The notes: generated from the letters alone by a model not told the origin. DNA of 57,618 nt, filler included, from an uncultured virus (IMG/VR IMGVR_UViG_2061766007_001532) (6 parts of one record of this genome joined end to end with filler, not necessarily neighbours in it); one strand, 5' to 3'. Numbered from the whole stretch's first letter, positions 34,302 to 46,237 are shown. Made by a program: numbers and translations.

Positions 34302-34951
34302 TCACGATACAGTAACCTTCCTTATCGCCACCTGGACGAAGTTTAGAGAATCAGCAACCTTTGTAACAACATAGTTGTATGGGGTTAAGAGCTTTCCGTT
34401 GCTATCAACGGCTAAATCGCCGTTTGTGTCAAGCGTAACATCAGAATCTATCCAAAGCACCGAGCCTACGGCAAGGTACTTCTCGCCCTTATCAAGCGTG
34501 ATTACCTTGTCATAGACTTCGTTAGCACCAAATAACTGCAATTCTGCTTCGCCACTCGCAGGGGATATAACGGCTCTGCTCTCGATAGGTATTGANNNNN
34601 NNNNNACCCTTATCGAGCGTGATAACCTTGTCGTAAACTTCGTTAGCACCAAATAACTGCAATTCGGCTTCGCCACTCGCAGGGGATATAACGGCTCTGC
34701 TCTCGATAGGTATTGANNNNNNNNNNTTTCTCGCCCTTATCGAGCGTGATAACCTTGTCGTAAACTTCGTTTGCACCAAATAACTGCAATTCTGCTTCGC
34801 CACTTGCAGGGGATATAACGGCTCTGCTCTCGATAGGTATTGAGTACGAATTGATAGGCTCTGTATAGTTGTTATCACTATCTTTACCCATTGTCGTACT
34901 GACTAACGAGGCATAAAAGAATGTCTGCTTGTTCTTTCGCATACTTCTCAT
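34302..34951 (-). CDS. head closure/head-tail adaptor protein (triplicated fragments)
   Basis: MRSMRKNKQTFFYA...ISPASGEAE.QLFG...YDKVI...SVLWID...NYVV.KVA.SLN...AIRKV. Confidence 0.75.
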
Positions 34952-35238
34952 TCGCCAAAACCCCCAACGCGAGGCGTGATCCTTGCTCTTAAAGAACTCG
35001 GAATATCGCCTGATTCGTAGTGTCTGTGTGTGCCACCTTCGATGTGCTCTGTTTCGCCTTCCGCACCCATTTTGTTGATGAAATAAGCCGCAATCTCAAT
35101 CTGCTCNNNNNNNNNNNNNNNNNNNNNNNNNNNNNNNNNNNNNNNNNNNNNNNNNNNNNNNNNNNNNNNNNNNNNTTCAACCGAAACGTCGCCGTCAAGC
35201 ATTGTCATAAGTTTGTTACGCTTTTCGCTTGTGCTCAT
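34948..35238 (-). CDS. head-tail connector allele (gapped)
   Basis: Same motifs as 33049-33552. Confidence 0.7.
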   Translation of the reverse strand: MSTSEKRNKLMTMLDGDVSVEXXXXXXXXXXXXXXXXXXXXXXXEQIEIAAYFINKMGAEGETEHIEGGTHRHYESGDIPSSLRARITPRVGGFGE

Positions 35239-35468
35239 AGTCTTATCGCCAACCTTCCTTGTCTTAATTCATCAAGCCTTCTTAACGAGTGTTACGTTAG
35301 CGTAGTCAATCGGCTTATTGTCTGCCTTGAATACGAGAACAACACTTGCCTTTGTGTTTGTGGAAGCTGCAATATCAGCNNNNNNNNNNNNNNNNNNNNN
35401 NNNNNNCAACTTCTGTGTTGGTTGAGTTTGTTTTAAGTTAGTTCTCTCTAACTTTTATAGTTATCGGC

Positions 35469-36137
35469 TTACTTGCCGTCGCTATCTTTTATCGGTATAA
35501 GCCAACAACGACAGTTGTAATGTGCTTTGCCGGGGTATTCGCTCAACAGATAAATCTTGCCGTCGCGAGCCTTACATTCCTCACACACCTTTTCGTCATT
35601 CTCAGCTTTCCACATAACACGCTTGATACCGTTCTTCTTGAATGTATCAATACGAGCTTTGTCAACCATTGTTTCGCCGTATTGCTTTGTCTGTGTATGC
35701 CACAAATCAGCAAAGCGGTGTAACTGCTTATGGTAATCGCTTCTTGAAGCAATCAACAAAGCGGTTATGAGAGCTTCGGCTAACCTCGCCCTCTTTCTGT
35801 CTGCCTCGGCTTTGTAGAGATAACCCGTAACGGGGTTGTATTCTCTCAATATGCCGTCAACATACTTTCCGTCAGGTGCTGTCGGTGATACCTCTAACCC
35901 CAACTCTTTTAAGTCCTCGGCGGCTTCATCAGCCGCACCTTGCGCTATCTTGATGAACTCTCGCCTATTTGATTTCAGCAATCGTTCTATCATTTCTTTT
36001 GTAAGTGATGTTATTCGGGGTGCGTTCAGTTCGTTAAACCCTATAACATCAAGGCGGTTGACCTCTTTCCTTAACTCCGTCGTCAGGATAGCCAACAGTA
36101 AATCAGTCAGTCCGTACCTCGTCGTCCGTTTCTTCAT
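35469..36137 (-). CDS. minor head morphogenesis protein (SPP1 gp7/Mu gpF-like)
   Basis: GIKRVMW.AE.DEKVCEECKARDGKIY....P...HYNCRCW. Confidence 0.85.
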   Translation of the reverse strand: MKKRTTRYGLTDLLLAILTTELRKEVNRLDVIGFNELNAPRITSLTKEMIERLLKSNRREFIKIAQGAADEAAEDLKELGLEVSPTAPDGKYVDGILREYNPVTGYLYKAEADRKRARLAEALITALLIASRSDYHKQLHRFADLWHTQTKQYGETMVDKARIDTFKKNGIKRVMWKAENDEKVCEECKARDGKIYLLSEYPGKAHYNCRCWLIPIKDSDGK

Positions 36138-36349
36138 TGTCGTTTACCCCGTCCTCATTAGGTACGTTTTTCGGCTGCCACTTCTCCAACTGTTCGTTGT
36201 AGTAAATCTCGGAAATGATATAAGCATTTTCGGGATCACTAAACAGACCGCAAGCCTCAAATGCCAATTTCGGGTGTACCTTCTGTGTGTTGAGCATTTC
36301 GCAAAGTGCCTGTGTCTTGACCTGCAAATTCTCGTTATTNNNNNNNNNN

Positions 36350-36553
36350 TTTACTTATCAGATATGCCGCTATTTCAATCTGCACTTCCTCGTACTTTTC
36401 CGGAATTACTTCCGTGCCGTCGCCAAAAGGAAATGCGAGATTGATTACGGCTTTCTCTGCGGCTTTAAGGAATGTGTTAGCAGCATTGGTACTAACATCA
36501 TCATCAAGCATAGTCATTAACTTATTTAACTTTTCTGCGTCTGTCATAGCCAT
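36350..36553 (-). CDS. head-tail connector N-terminal allele
   Basis: MTDAEKL.KL..ML...FLKAAEKAVINLAFPFG; directly after the capsid gene. Confidence 0.7.
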
Positions 36554-36582
36554 AGTGTTGCTAACCTTTCCTTATCGTCTTA

Positions 36583-37762
36583 TCAAGCCTTCTTGACGAG
36601 TGTTACGTTCTGATAGTCAACAGGCTTATCATCAGCCTTGAATACGAGAACGACGCTTGCCTTTGTGTTTGTGGAAGCTGCAATATCAGCACCGCTTGTG
36701 AGGTCTGTGTAAGAAGTAACCGCAGTTCCCCAAGTAGGTGTAACGTCAGTTGTACCGAGCTTGTAAACCCACTTGCANNNNNNNNNNAAGGTCTGTGTAA
36801 GAAGCAACCGCAGTACCCCAAGTAGGTGTAACGTCAGTTGTACCGAGCTTGTAAACCCACTTGCAGTTGATAGGTGCTGCCGGAACTGTAAGGATCGTAC
36901 CGCCAGAAGTTTCACCTGCAACGGAAGTAGCAACGTCAACCGCCTTAACACCGCTTCTCTTTTCGATCTTAACAACTCTGTCCTCTCTCTTGAGGTAAGG
37001 AACTGCGAGGCGTGAAGCATACCAATCTGTTGTTCTTGTGTTAGCGTGTCTTTCGGGTTCAACGAGTACGTTGTCCTCAACTACGTCAACAAGAGCACCA
37101 GGCTTGATGATGTAAGCGTCGCCGCTTGCCGTAAGACGGTTTGTAGGGATAATCTGACAACCCCAAATCTCGCCCGTAGCACCCTTGATTACCTGCTCTG
37201 AACCAATGTCAGAAGCCTTGATGTAATCGTCGTCCTTACGGAGAGCACCGAGATCAGAAGGGGAAACTGTAAGAGCCTTAACGCCCTGCTCGTCCTCACC
37301 GAATACTGTGAGAGCGTCAACGATAAGGTCGGAAGAAAGATCAGAAGTAGAGATATACTTTCTTACATAGGAAATGCCGGAAAGCTCTGTAAGGAAATCT
37401 GCGTCTGTCTTATCGTCGATAGCCTTTGCGAGCTGTGTAGCTGCTTCCTCTGCACAATCAGAATGAGCAGAAAGCAAAGCCTCGTCTGTGATAGCAACGC
37501 CCTTACCGATCTTCTTGACGGTCTTTGTGACCTTGCCCTCGGAAAGATTTGTTGTGCCAATGTCAGCACCCTCGGCTACGTCGCCTGCTGCTCCGATGTA
37601 TGCGAACTTTGTTACTGTGATCGTATCGCCCTCGCCCTTTGCTTCAAGGGTATTGTCAACCTCTGCGAGAGGTGCGAATACTGAATTGTTTGTGAGCTTA
37701 TCCTTGATAGCACCTGCGAGCACTTCGGGGATAATTACATTTGCTTTCATTGTAGTTGCCAT
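36583..37762 (-). CDS. major capsid protein (HK97 fold) with C-terminal extension domain
   Basis: ANVIIPEVLA...FAPLAEVDNTL...GDTIT..KFAYIG.AGDVAEG...KKIGKGV.ITDEA...GEIWGCQI. Confidence 0.9.
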
Positions 37763-37788
37763 AACTCTTTACTCCTTTTGTAAAAGTT

Positions 37789-38055
37789 TTATTTCGAGAG
37801 TTCTTCGTATAACTCCCTGTTGGTTTGATAAAGTTCAGTTCTTTCAGCCATATTCATAGCCTTAAACTGCTCTTTTGTGACGGTCTTTGCTCCTTCATCA
37901 GCCTTTCCGGCAGGTGTCGGAACTGAGGCAGCCGCCTCGCCTTTAGCAATCTTCTTGACATTTTCGATTACGGCTTTCTGATTCTTAAAGACCGTAGCGT
38001 AGTCACCCTTTTCGAGTGCTTCTGCCGTTTCCTGTGCGAGTGCTTCGTCGTAGCC
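37789..38055 (-). CDS. capsid scaffolding protein, C-terminal fragment
   Basis: GYDEALAQETAEAL...TPAGKA...VTKEQFKAM..AER.ELY..N.ELYEEL; immediately upstream of the capsid gene. Confidence 0.8.
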   Translation of the reverse strand, partial: GYDEALAQETAEALEKGDYATVFKNQKAVIENVKKIAKGEAAASVPTPAGKADEGAKTVTKEQFKAMNMAERTELYQTNRELYEELSK

Positions 38056-38428
38056 NNNNNNNNNNAGCGTGTTCTCTCACGACTTAATTTTGCGTTTTTA
38101 ACGAAGTTCTCTCTTCGTGTTTGTGATTTAAGGCTTCTCTGCCTATAATCTCGGCTTATTTGCCGTTATTACCTTTTTCTAACAAGGGTTCTATCCAACA
38201 ACGGCAATTATAGTGAGGCTTTACGGGGATAGCGTTTATCGGGTATATCTTGCCGTCCCTTTCCTTGCACTCGCTACAAGTCTTGTTGTCCTCTTCGGCT
38301 TTCCACATCACACGGNNNNNNNNNNTGTAGTCAGGATCAGCGATTGTGTACTTCTCCAACGCCTCTACTTTCTGTTCGGGTGTCATTTCTGCGTAACCTT
38401 CGATTTTTGATGTGTCAATCTGTGCCAT

Positions 38429-38539
38429 AATTACTCCTTGCGTTTTATTAGCGTGTTCTCTCACGACTGAATTTTGCGTTTTTAACGAAGTTCTCTCTTC
38501 GTGTTTGTGGTTAAAGGCTTCTCTGCCTATAATCTCGGC
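38429..38539 (-). ncRNA. putative cis-regulatory RNA: three AGAGAA-loop hairpins in the scaffold leader
   Basis: AGGC-AGAGAA-GCCT, ACGAAG-AGAGAA-CTTCGT, CGTG-AGAGAA-CACG, then AAGGAG and ATG; other alleles at 35407-35468, 38066-38155, 45074-45180, 50673-50758, 51710-51828. Confidence 0.7.
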
Positions 38540-38834
38540 TTATTTGCCGTTATTACCGTTTTCTTTTAAAGGCTCTATCCAACAACGGCAACGATAATGT
38601 GGCTTTACGGGGATAGCGTTTATCGGGTAAACCTTGCCGTCCCGTTCCTTACATTCTTCACACACTCGGTTATCGTGCTCCGATACCCATTTGACACGCT
38701 TAATGCCGTTCTTCTTGAATGTGTCAAGCCTTGCCTTATCTACCATTGTTTCGCCGTATTGCAGCGTTTGCGTATGCCACAAGTTAGCGAACTTCCGCAG
38801 TTCTTCGTGATAATCGCTCCTACTNNNNNNNNNN

Positions 38835-39886
38835 CTTTAACCCTAATACGGGCGCAGGTGCAGGCGGCGGTGGAGTTAGCGGCGAGAACTCTAACCTCAA
38901 CAACTTGCTCACACCTGGATATGACTTTTTGAGCAAAGCGGTTAGCAGTAGGGTTGAGCAGGCAAAGAAAGACCTCGAATTATTGCGTAAAGACTTCAAG
39001 AAAAACCCCTTAAAGGTTGCCGTTGATATTGTTTTTGGCGGNNNNNNNNNNTAACACGGGTGCAGGCGCAGGCGGCGGTGGAGTTAGCGGTGAAAACTCT
39101 AACCTCAAAAATCTTCTCACGCCTGGATATGACTTCTTATCGAAAGCCGTCAGCAGTAGAGTTGAGCAAGCAAAGAAAGACCTCGAACTATTACGCAAGG
39201 ACTTCAAAGAACACCCGTTACAAGTGTCTTGGGAAATCTTCAAAGAGGGTGCAGGCGAATTAGGTTCGGGTGTTTGGGAGGCAATACTCGGTATGTCCCC
39301 CGAAGAACTTGCTTTGCAAGCGCAGAAAAACGGTTCTACCGTCGGTCAGGAGTTTGCAAGGGCGTTCTTTGACAAACTTGCTTCAACAAATATTGCACAA
39401 GCACAAATCCCAATTTGGGAGGCTATTTTTGGCGACGCTACTTCTCTTGGTGTTAGAGCCGCACAGTCAGGCAAGGACGTAGGCGATCAGTTCTTTGGCG
39501 AATTGGTGCTTGCCGGACTAAAGGCTATAAATAACCCTGTTTTCAAGTTTCTCTACAATCAGTCAGGCAGAAACCTTGACAAAGATATTGTAACAATCGA
39601 GAAGAATCTGCAACCGAAAGAGGCGACTAAACCGAGTGCACCCGTTGGCGGTTATAACTACGCTTCGGCAAATGCACCTATATCTTTGCCGTCGAGCGTA
39701 ACTACCGCATATCAAGAAATGGGTGCGGCTAACTCTAAAGCCTATGCCGACGGTTTCAAGAGCAACTACGATTATGTAAAGACAGAAACGGATAAGGTGT
39801 TTAAGGCAGCTCTTAACGGCGCAAATGCTGACGGCAAGGGCGGTCAAATGTTCTATAACACTTCGGCTAACGAGGCTTACAAGTTT
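38835..39886 (+). CDS. tape measure protein allele fragment (inverted)
   Basis: NTGAGAGGGGVSGENSNL...QMFYNTSANEAYKF shared with other TMP pieces. Confidence 0.75.
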
Positions 39887-39896
39887 NNNNNNNNNN

Positions 39897-40286
39897 GCTG
39901 ATCCACAAAAGTTTCTTTTTGCCGTAACGCTTGCAAATGTCAGCACACAACAGAATGAGCTTTTGATATACCGCCGTTTTGAACGCATACGGAGATTTTG
40001 TATCGGAAGCACATTCAATCGTGATCGCACGATTATCGTTATCCCTGCTTGATGAAGTCCAAGCTCGATATTCTTCACGGACACAACCGCCAACCCTACC
40101 GTCAGAACCTATGATGTAGTTAGAGGACACCTGCCTTGATGTAGTTGCGAAGTAATCAAGTCCGTTCTCGATACTGACTTGCCCTACCCAACAATGGGGC
40201 GTGATCCTCGTAACACTATACTTACGATTGCCGGAATTGTCTTTGCTTTCCCTAACCTTGTTTGTGAGGGGCGACCATGTAGCCAT
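39897..40286 (-). CDS. endolysin, N-acetylmuramoyl-L-alanine amidase (Amidase_2), truncated by gap
   Basis: RITPHC.VGQ.S...SSNY.IG.DGRVG..V.E..RAW.SSS..NDNRAITIECASD. Confidence 0.85.
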
Positions 40287-40288
40287 AA

Positions 40289-40642
40289 TCAACCCTCTCT
40301 TTCTTCATTATCATTTTCGTCATCAGGGTTAGCTTCGCCGTTTACAGTAAAGGCTTCAAAAGTGAGTTTCTTACCTTTAGTGAACTGCTTGTATATCTGA
40401 TTTACGCCGACTGCGAAAAGTCCCGAACCGATACCGAGATAAAGAGCGAGAAGCCAATTATCGACAGGCAAGAACCCTGGAATTGTCTTGAAAGCGACTA
40501 CGCCAAGAGCACCGCCCGAAAGACCGCAAAGGAACGGGATAAACCTGTCAAGTTTCTCGTTGCCGATAGCCTTTAACCCTGCTCCAATCAGATAAATAAT
40601 TCCTGCAATCGGAACAAATACCCAAAATGTTAAATCTGTCAT
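40289..40642 (-). CDS. holin of a second family
   Basis: Three TM segments, IPFLCGLSGGALG...GIGSGL.AVGVNQIYKQ; adjacent to the amidase. Confidence 0.8.
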   Translation of the reverse strand: MTDLTFWVFVPIAGIIYLIGAGLKAIGNEKLDRFIPFLCGLSGGALGVVAFKTIPGFLPVDNWLLALYLGIGSGLFAVGVNQIYKQFTKGKKLTFEAFTVNGEANPDDENDNEEREG

Positions 40643-40798
40643 TTTCTTATTTCTCCTTTCATTGTTTGTTTTATTCCGTTTGTTTATTTCTAAACAACNN
40701 NNNNNNNNNNNNNNNNNNNNNNNNNNNNNNNNNNNNNNNNNNTTAATTAATTAANNNNNNNNNNNNNNNNNNNNNNNNNNNNNNNNNNNNNNNNNNNN

Positions 40799-41792
40799 TA
40801 TAAAGATTTCTTCAAGAACAGTTCCGTTCTCAATAAAGGCAGGGTGAACATTCATACCGCTTTCAGATATGACACGATATTCATATCCGTCTTTGAAATA
40901 ACGCTCATAATAGAACTTTGGTATGCGAACAAACACATCACCATNNNNNNNNNNNNNNNNNNNNNNNNNNNNNNNNNNNATTTTTCTTGATGTTACACCT
41001 TTTCATTTCCGACCACGGATAGATATTATCAAAGTCAGAACTGCCGTTTGTTGCACCTACTCCGATTGTGGCACTTAAACCTACTGCGTCAAAGCACCTT
41101 GCACCCAGATCATCAGGGTTGTTTAAATTCCACTTAACACCGTAATACAGATTAAGACTATCCGAACCTTTCTGCACATATCTGTTATCGCTCTCTGTCT
41201 TATCGTATGCCTTAAAAGCAAGTGTTGTTGTCTGCTTTGCAAGTGCGGGAGCATTTGAATTTGTGGACTGTACGGCAATCCAAGAACAACCACTCGGAAT
41301 CGTGAAAACGTAATCTGTAACTGTTTCGTTTGTGCCTGTGCCGTTGAGGTCTTTGCCGATAAGCTCGTCATTTGCATTAAAGTACATAATGCCTGATATA
41401 GCGACACTCCTTAAATAAGTGCTTACTTTGTATGTATCGCCCTCTGTAACACCCTCTACTTTTGCGGACTGTCTACCAAGCTCATCAACCCAAACACCCG
41501 TTACGGAATAATAATATCCCGATTTGCAAGTAAGAGGTACAGTTTCCCACGAATCAGGTACTTCGTCCGTTGTTAAATCTTCGAGCGTATCAACCGAGCC
41601 TGACAATGTTGTTACTTCGCTTGCACTTGCCTTACCCTCAACCGCATTTGCCACTTCTTCAAGTGCCGTTTTGGTAGCAAACTTATCGTCAGACTGTTCT
41701 TTTGTGTAAGCGTCAACGCTCGGAATGTTCTCAATCTTGGTGTTTACTTCGTCAATAGCGTCCTGCACGTTAGTTGCTTCAAGACCGCTTTC
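40799..41792 (-). CDS. receptor-binding protein allele with an FGE-sulfatase/C-type-lectin-associated tail region
   Basis: Shared stalk, then YYGVKW...R..DAVGL...SSDFDNIYPWSEMKRCN...VFVRIPKFYY...VHPAF. Confidence 0.65.
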
Positions 41793-41802
41793 NNNNNNNN
41801 NN

Positions 41803-42295
41803 TCCAAAAGTAAACGCACACAAAAGGTGGGAGATTGTTATGCGGCTGACCGCCGCCCGTTTCTATAATCGTTGAATAATCAGGATCATCATCGCGGGCA
41901 TTTGTCGCCCAACCGCCCGTGTTGCTTGCGCCCAAGAGCTTTTGGTGGTTGTTTGAGTTATTCGACAAAGCTGAACCATACGCAGGCATTACTTCGTGCT
42001 TATGGGACGGCATTTCATTAACAGTAAGCGTGTGCGCCTTTTCACCGCCCGTTTTCTCACTTGCGTTGAAGTCTGAATCGCCACTATCTACGCCTACGAG
42101 CGTTTTACCGCTACCGAAAGCAACCCAAGTACCGCCGAAAATAGTCGAGGGGTTAGCGTTGCTTGTCGAGGTATAGATTGAACCTACGGGATATACCGCA
42201 TTAAAGATTGCACTCAAAGTAGGAATACTCGGCTTATCGGTTAAATCGTCATAGGAAATGCCCAAGTCGCTTGTGGTCTTATTGCCCGTGAGCGT
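41803..42295 (-). CDS. gp10-C-like tail fibre allele
   Basis: AVYPVGSIY...GGEKAHTLTVNEMPSHKH...PHNNLPPFVCVYFW. Confidence 0.75.
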
Positions 42296-42305
42296 NNNNN
42301 NNNNN

Positions 42306-42692
42306 TCGGAAGAAGAAATCAGACAGAAGGAAGCCGAGACAGAACTCAACAAGTATAAGGAAGAGGCTTTGGCTTTGCGGAAGGAGAAGAATATCGCTAC
42401 AAACAAGGCACAGTTCATAGCGGCAGGCTACGACGAAGCACTCGCTACGGAGAGTGCCGAGGCTTTGGAAAAAGGCGACTTCGCTACGGTTTTCAAGAAT
42501 CAGACCGCCGTAATTGAGCGTGTCAAGAAAGACGCTTTGGGACAGGCAAAGGCTTCAACGCCGCCCCCTGCCGGAAAAGCTACCGACGGAGATAAGACCG
42601 TCACAAGAGAGCAGTTTAACGCTATGTCATTAGCAGAACGTCAGGCTCTTTACGAATCTAATCGTGAACTCTATGACGAGTACACAAAATAA
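42306..42692 (+). CDS. capsid scaffolding protein allele
   Basis: Same motifs as 37789-38055, followed by a capsid start at 42720. Confidence 0.75.
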   Translation, partial: SEEEIRQKEAETELNKYKEEALALRKEKNIATNKAQFIAAGYDEALATESAEALEKGDFATVFKNQTAVIERVKKDALGQAKASTPPPAGKATDGDKTVTREQFNAMSLAERQALYESNRELYDEYTK

Positions 42693-42719
42693 AACTATTC
42701 TTGGAAGGAGAATAAAACA

Positions 42720-43445
42720 ATGGCAGTTACTTACAAATCAAATGTAATCATTCCCGAAGTATTGGCTGATTACGTACAGAGCAAGCTCACNNNNNNNNNN
42801 AAAAGCCGAGCACGACGCAGAGCTTGCGGAGTACAAGACAAAGTACGAAGAGTTGCAGAAGGAAAAGAATATTGCCAAGAACAGAGCAGAGTTCATTTCC
42901 GCAGGCTACGACGAGGCACTTGCACAGGAAACGGCAGAAGCACTNNNNNNNNNNTTCTGAACTCGCACAGACCAAAAAGGACTTAAAGGCGAGAATGACG
43001 GAAGAAGAGAGAGCGAAAGCCGAGCACGACGCAGAACTCGCAGAGTACAAGACAAAGTACGAAGANNNNNNNNNNCGACAAGTCAGTTTTCGCACCTATT
43101 GCTGAAATCGACAATACACTCGAAAACAGAGGCGAGGGCGATTCTATCAAGTTCCCGAAGTACGCTTACATCGGTTCTGCCGCAGGCGTNNNNNNNNNNA
43201 GACAAGTCGGTTTTCGCACCTATTGCCGAAATCGACAATACACTCGAAAACAGAGGCGAAGGTGATTCTATCAAGTTCCCGAAGTACGCTTACATCGGTG
43301 CAGCCGTAGGCGTAAACGAGGGTGCTTCAATCGGCGTTACAAACCTCTCCACAACTTCCGTAACAAAGACAGTCTCCAAGATCGCTAAGGGCGTGGGACT
43401 TACAGACGAGGCAAGGCTTTCCGCTTATGGCAATCCCGTTGAGGA
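42720..43445 (+). CDS. major capsid N-terminal allele fragments interleaved with scaffold fragments
   Basis: MAVTYKSNVIIPEVLA...FAPIAEIDNTLE..GEGDSIKFPKYAYIG. Confidence 0.7.
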
Positions 43446-43705
43446 NNNNNNNNNNTACGCCTGCCGGAAAAGCTACTGACGGTAGCAAAACTATTACAAA
43501 AGAGCAGTTCAACGCTATGTCCTTATCAGAGCGTCAGGCTCTTTTTGAATCAAACCGTGAACTCTATGACGAGTTTACAAAATAAAACTATTCTTGGAAG
43601 GAGAANNNNNNNNNNNNNNNNNNNNNNNNNNNNNNNNNNNNNNNNNNNNTTAATTAATTAANNNNNNNNNNNNNNNNNNNNNNNNNNNNNNNNNNNNNNN
43701 NNNNN

Positions 43706-45009
43706 AAAGTTAGGCAAAGAGGTTGATAAGGTAAAACAGACAAAGCCTAAAGAGGCAATCAAGGGAGTTGGCGACGGTGCTAACGAGGCGGCTACGGGTT
43801 TAGATAATTTTTTAGNNNNNNNNNNGCGAGGGTTGCACCCTTGCTCGTACCGTTTGCAAAACACCCGAAAGCCGAGCCGTATCTTGATAAACCTATTCCG
43901 CTTACCGAAGAAGAAGCCGAGAAGGGAAGCAAGCAAGCCGTTGAGAATAAGGGTATCGCTTATATGAAAGCGAAAATGATAGAGATTAANNNNNNNNNNT
44001 GGCGTAACGGGCGACCAAGCGGCTTATATGTCGCAGAATTTGACACAGTTATCTTATGATATTGCGTCGTTCTATAACATCACAAACGAAGAAGCACAGA
44101 ACAAACTCAAATCTGCGATTGCCGGACGATTAGAGCCTATCCGTAAGCTCGGNNNNNNNNNNATAACAGGTTTTGGTGTTGGTGGCGACCAGGCGGCTTA
44201 TATGTCGCAGAACTTGACGCAGTTATCCTATGATATTGCGTCATTCTATAACATCACAAACGAAGAAGCACAGAATAAGATTAAGTCTGCTATTTCCGGC
44301 AGACTTGAACCTATCCGCAAGCTCGGTTGGGACCTATCACAGAGCAAGCTCGTAGATATTGCTAAAAACCCGAAGTATTACGGTCAGCAGACATTCGCTA
44401 TTAACGAACAGACGGGTGCTATCGAGGCGAATACCGTCGCCGTTGATGATAATACACAACACAAGATCGTAAACTTTAANNNNNNNNNNCGCTAAAAACC
44501 CGAAGTATTACGGTCAACAGACATTCGCTATCAACGAACAGACGGGTGCTATTGAGGCTAATACCGTTGCCGTTGATGATAATACACAACACAAGATCGT
44601 AAACTTTAANNNNNNNNNNCTGGGTAATGTATTCATACCTGCAATCAATCAGGTATTGCCTTACTTAACCGCACTTGCACAGTTAGCAGGCGAGGCTTTC
44701 CGTTCACTTGCTTCACTCTTTGGCTTTGAATTGCCCGATATGTCCGACAGAATGNNNNNNNNNNACTCAATCAGGTATTGCCTTACTTGACCGCACTTAC
44801 GCAGTTAGCAGGTGAGGCTTTCCGTTCACTTGCTTCACTCTTTGGCTTTGAGTTGCCTGATATGTCCGACAGAATGGATATATCACCCNNNNNNNNNNAA
44901 AGTTCTTTGGCTTTGAGTTGCCTGATATGTCCGACAGAATGGATATATCACCCGTAGCCGAGCCTTACAACGATGTTGTTCAGGCAACGGGCAGAGCCGC
45001 AGGCAACGC
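43706..45009 (+). CDS. tape measure allele fragments and second tail chaperone piece (43826-43989)
   Basis: MSQNLTQLSYDIASFYNIT...; PFAKHPKAEPYLDKPIPLT. Confidence 0.65.
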
Positions 45010-45161
45010 NNNNNNNNNNCTCGGGTGTCATGTTCTCGTAACCTTCGATCTTTGATGTGTCAATCTGTGCCATAAATTACTCCTTGCGTTTTGTTTGCGT
45101 GTTCTCTCACGACTGAATTTTGTCTTTTAACGACTTCTGTGTCGGTTGAGTTTATTTTGTG

Positions 45162-45710
45162 TTAGTTCTCTCTAACAATATCTTGATTGGCATAACGCCA
45201 TAGATACCCATAAGCCGTGTGGCGATTGCCACGACATACTTCTGTAATACTCCAATCGCTCATTCCCGTTTCGAGAAAAATCGTTCTTGTATTTTCCCAC
45301 TTCTTAATGACGTTCCCGTCCTTATCGAGTTGAATAACCGCAAGCAAATGATTTTTGCCGTTTCCTTTTCTTTCGGGGTGGCGTTCCCTCGAATAACGGG
45401 CATTATAAGAAGCGTCGCACCACTCCAAGTTGTCAACATCGTTGTTTAAGGGGTTTTCGTCTTTGTGGTTTATAAGGTTTAACCCCTCAACCTTTTCGAT
45501 AAAGGCTTCGGCAACAAGGCGGTGAATAAGTTTCTGTTCCTTTATGCCGTTTTTCCTTAACTCAACCCAAGCGTAGCCCTTGTTGTTGACTTTCCAAGTG
45601 AGCATTTTGGCAAAACCCGTTTTATTATAATTAAGGCTGATTACATCACCGCTACTACTAATTAAGTAGCGTCCTTCGTAACCCTTAATTTCCTTCCAAG
45701 CCTTACTCAT
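45162..45710 (-). CDS. NUMOD4/HNH homing endonuclease with NUMOD1-like C-terminus
   Basis: WKEIKGYEGRYLISSSG...HRLVAEAF...INHKDENPLNNDVDNLEWC...I.EVCRG.R.TAYGY.WRY. Confidence 0.9.
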   Translation of the reverse strand: MSKAWKEIKGYEGRYLISSSGDVISLNYNKTGFAKMLTWKVNNKGYAWVELRKNGIKEQKLIHRLVAEAFIEKVEGLNLINHKDENPLNNDVDNLEWCDASYNARYSRERHPERKGNGKNHLLAVIQLDKDGNVIKKWENTRTIFLETGMSDWSITEVCRGNRHTAYGYLWRYANQDIVREN

Positions 45711-46227
45711 TTGCTCTCCTTTCCGTTACTATCTTTTTCAAGCATAGGTTCTATCCAGCAACGGCAATTATAGTGAGGCTTTACGGGGATAGCGTTNNNN
45801 NNNNNNCGTATGCCGTTCTTCTTGAATGTGTCAACTCTTGCCTTATCTACCATTGTTTCGCCGTATTGCAGCGTTTGTGTATGCCACAAATCGGCGAACT
45901 TCCGCAGTTCTTTGTGATAGTCCGCTCTTGACTTAATCAGTAAGGCGGTTATCAACGCTTCTGCGAGCCTCGCCCTCTTTCTGTCGGCTTCGGCATTATA
46001 GAGATAACCCGTAACGGGGTTGTACTCTTTCAACACCTTGTCAACAAACTTTCCGTCGGCACTTATCATCGTAGCCGTAGCCACTCCGAGTGCTTCCAAG
46101 TCCTCGGTTGCTTCTTTAGTCGCTTCCTGGACTATCTTTATGTATTCCCGCTTGTTCGATTTGAGCAAGCGGTCAATCATTTCTCTCGTAAGTCTCGTTA
46201 TTCGGCTTCCCGACAATTCATCGAAGC
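45707..46227 (-). CDS. minor head protein allele
   Basis: EYNPVTGYLY.AEADRKRARLAEAL...HYNCRCW. Confidence 0.75.
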
Positions 46228-46237
46228 NNNNNNNNNN

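Noticed and set aside
34500..34860. Apparent tandem repeats and gene duplications throughout (here three copies of an adaptor segment)
   Set aside because: Each copy is bounded by short N gaps and differs by scattered substitutions: allelic assembly bubbles, not repeats
40799..41200. Possible diversity-generating retroelement target
   Set aside because: No reverse transcriptase and no TR/VR pair with adenine-specific differences visible; cannot be excluded inside gaps
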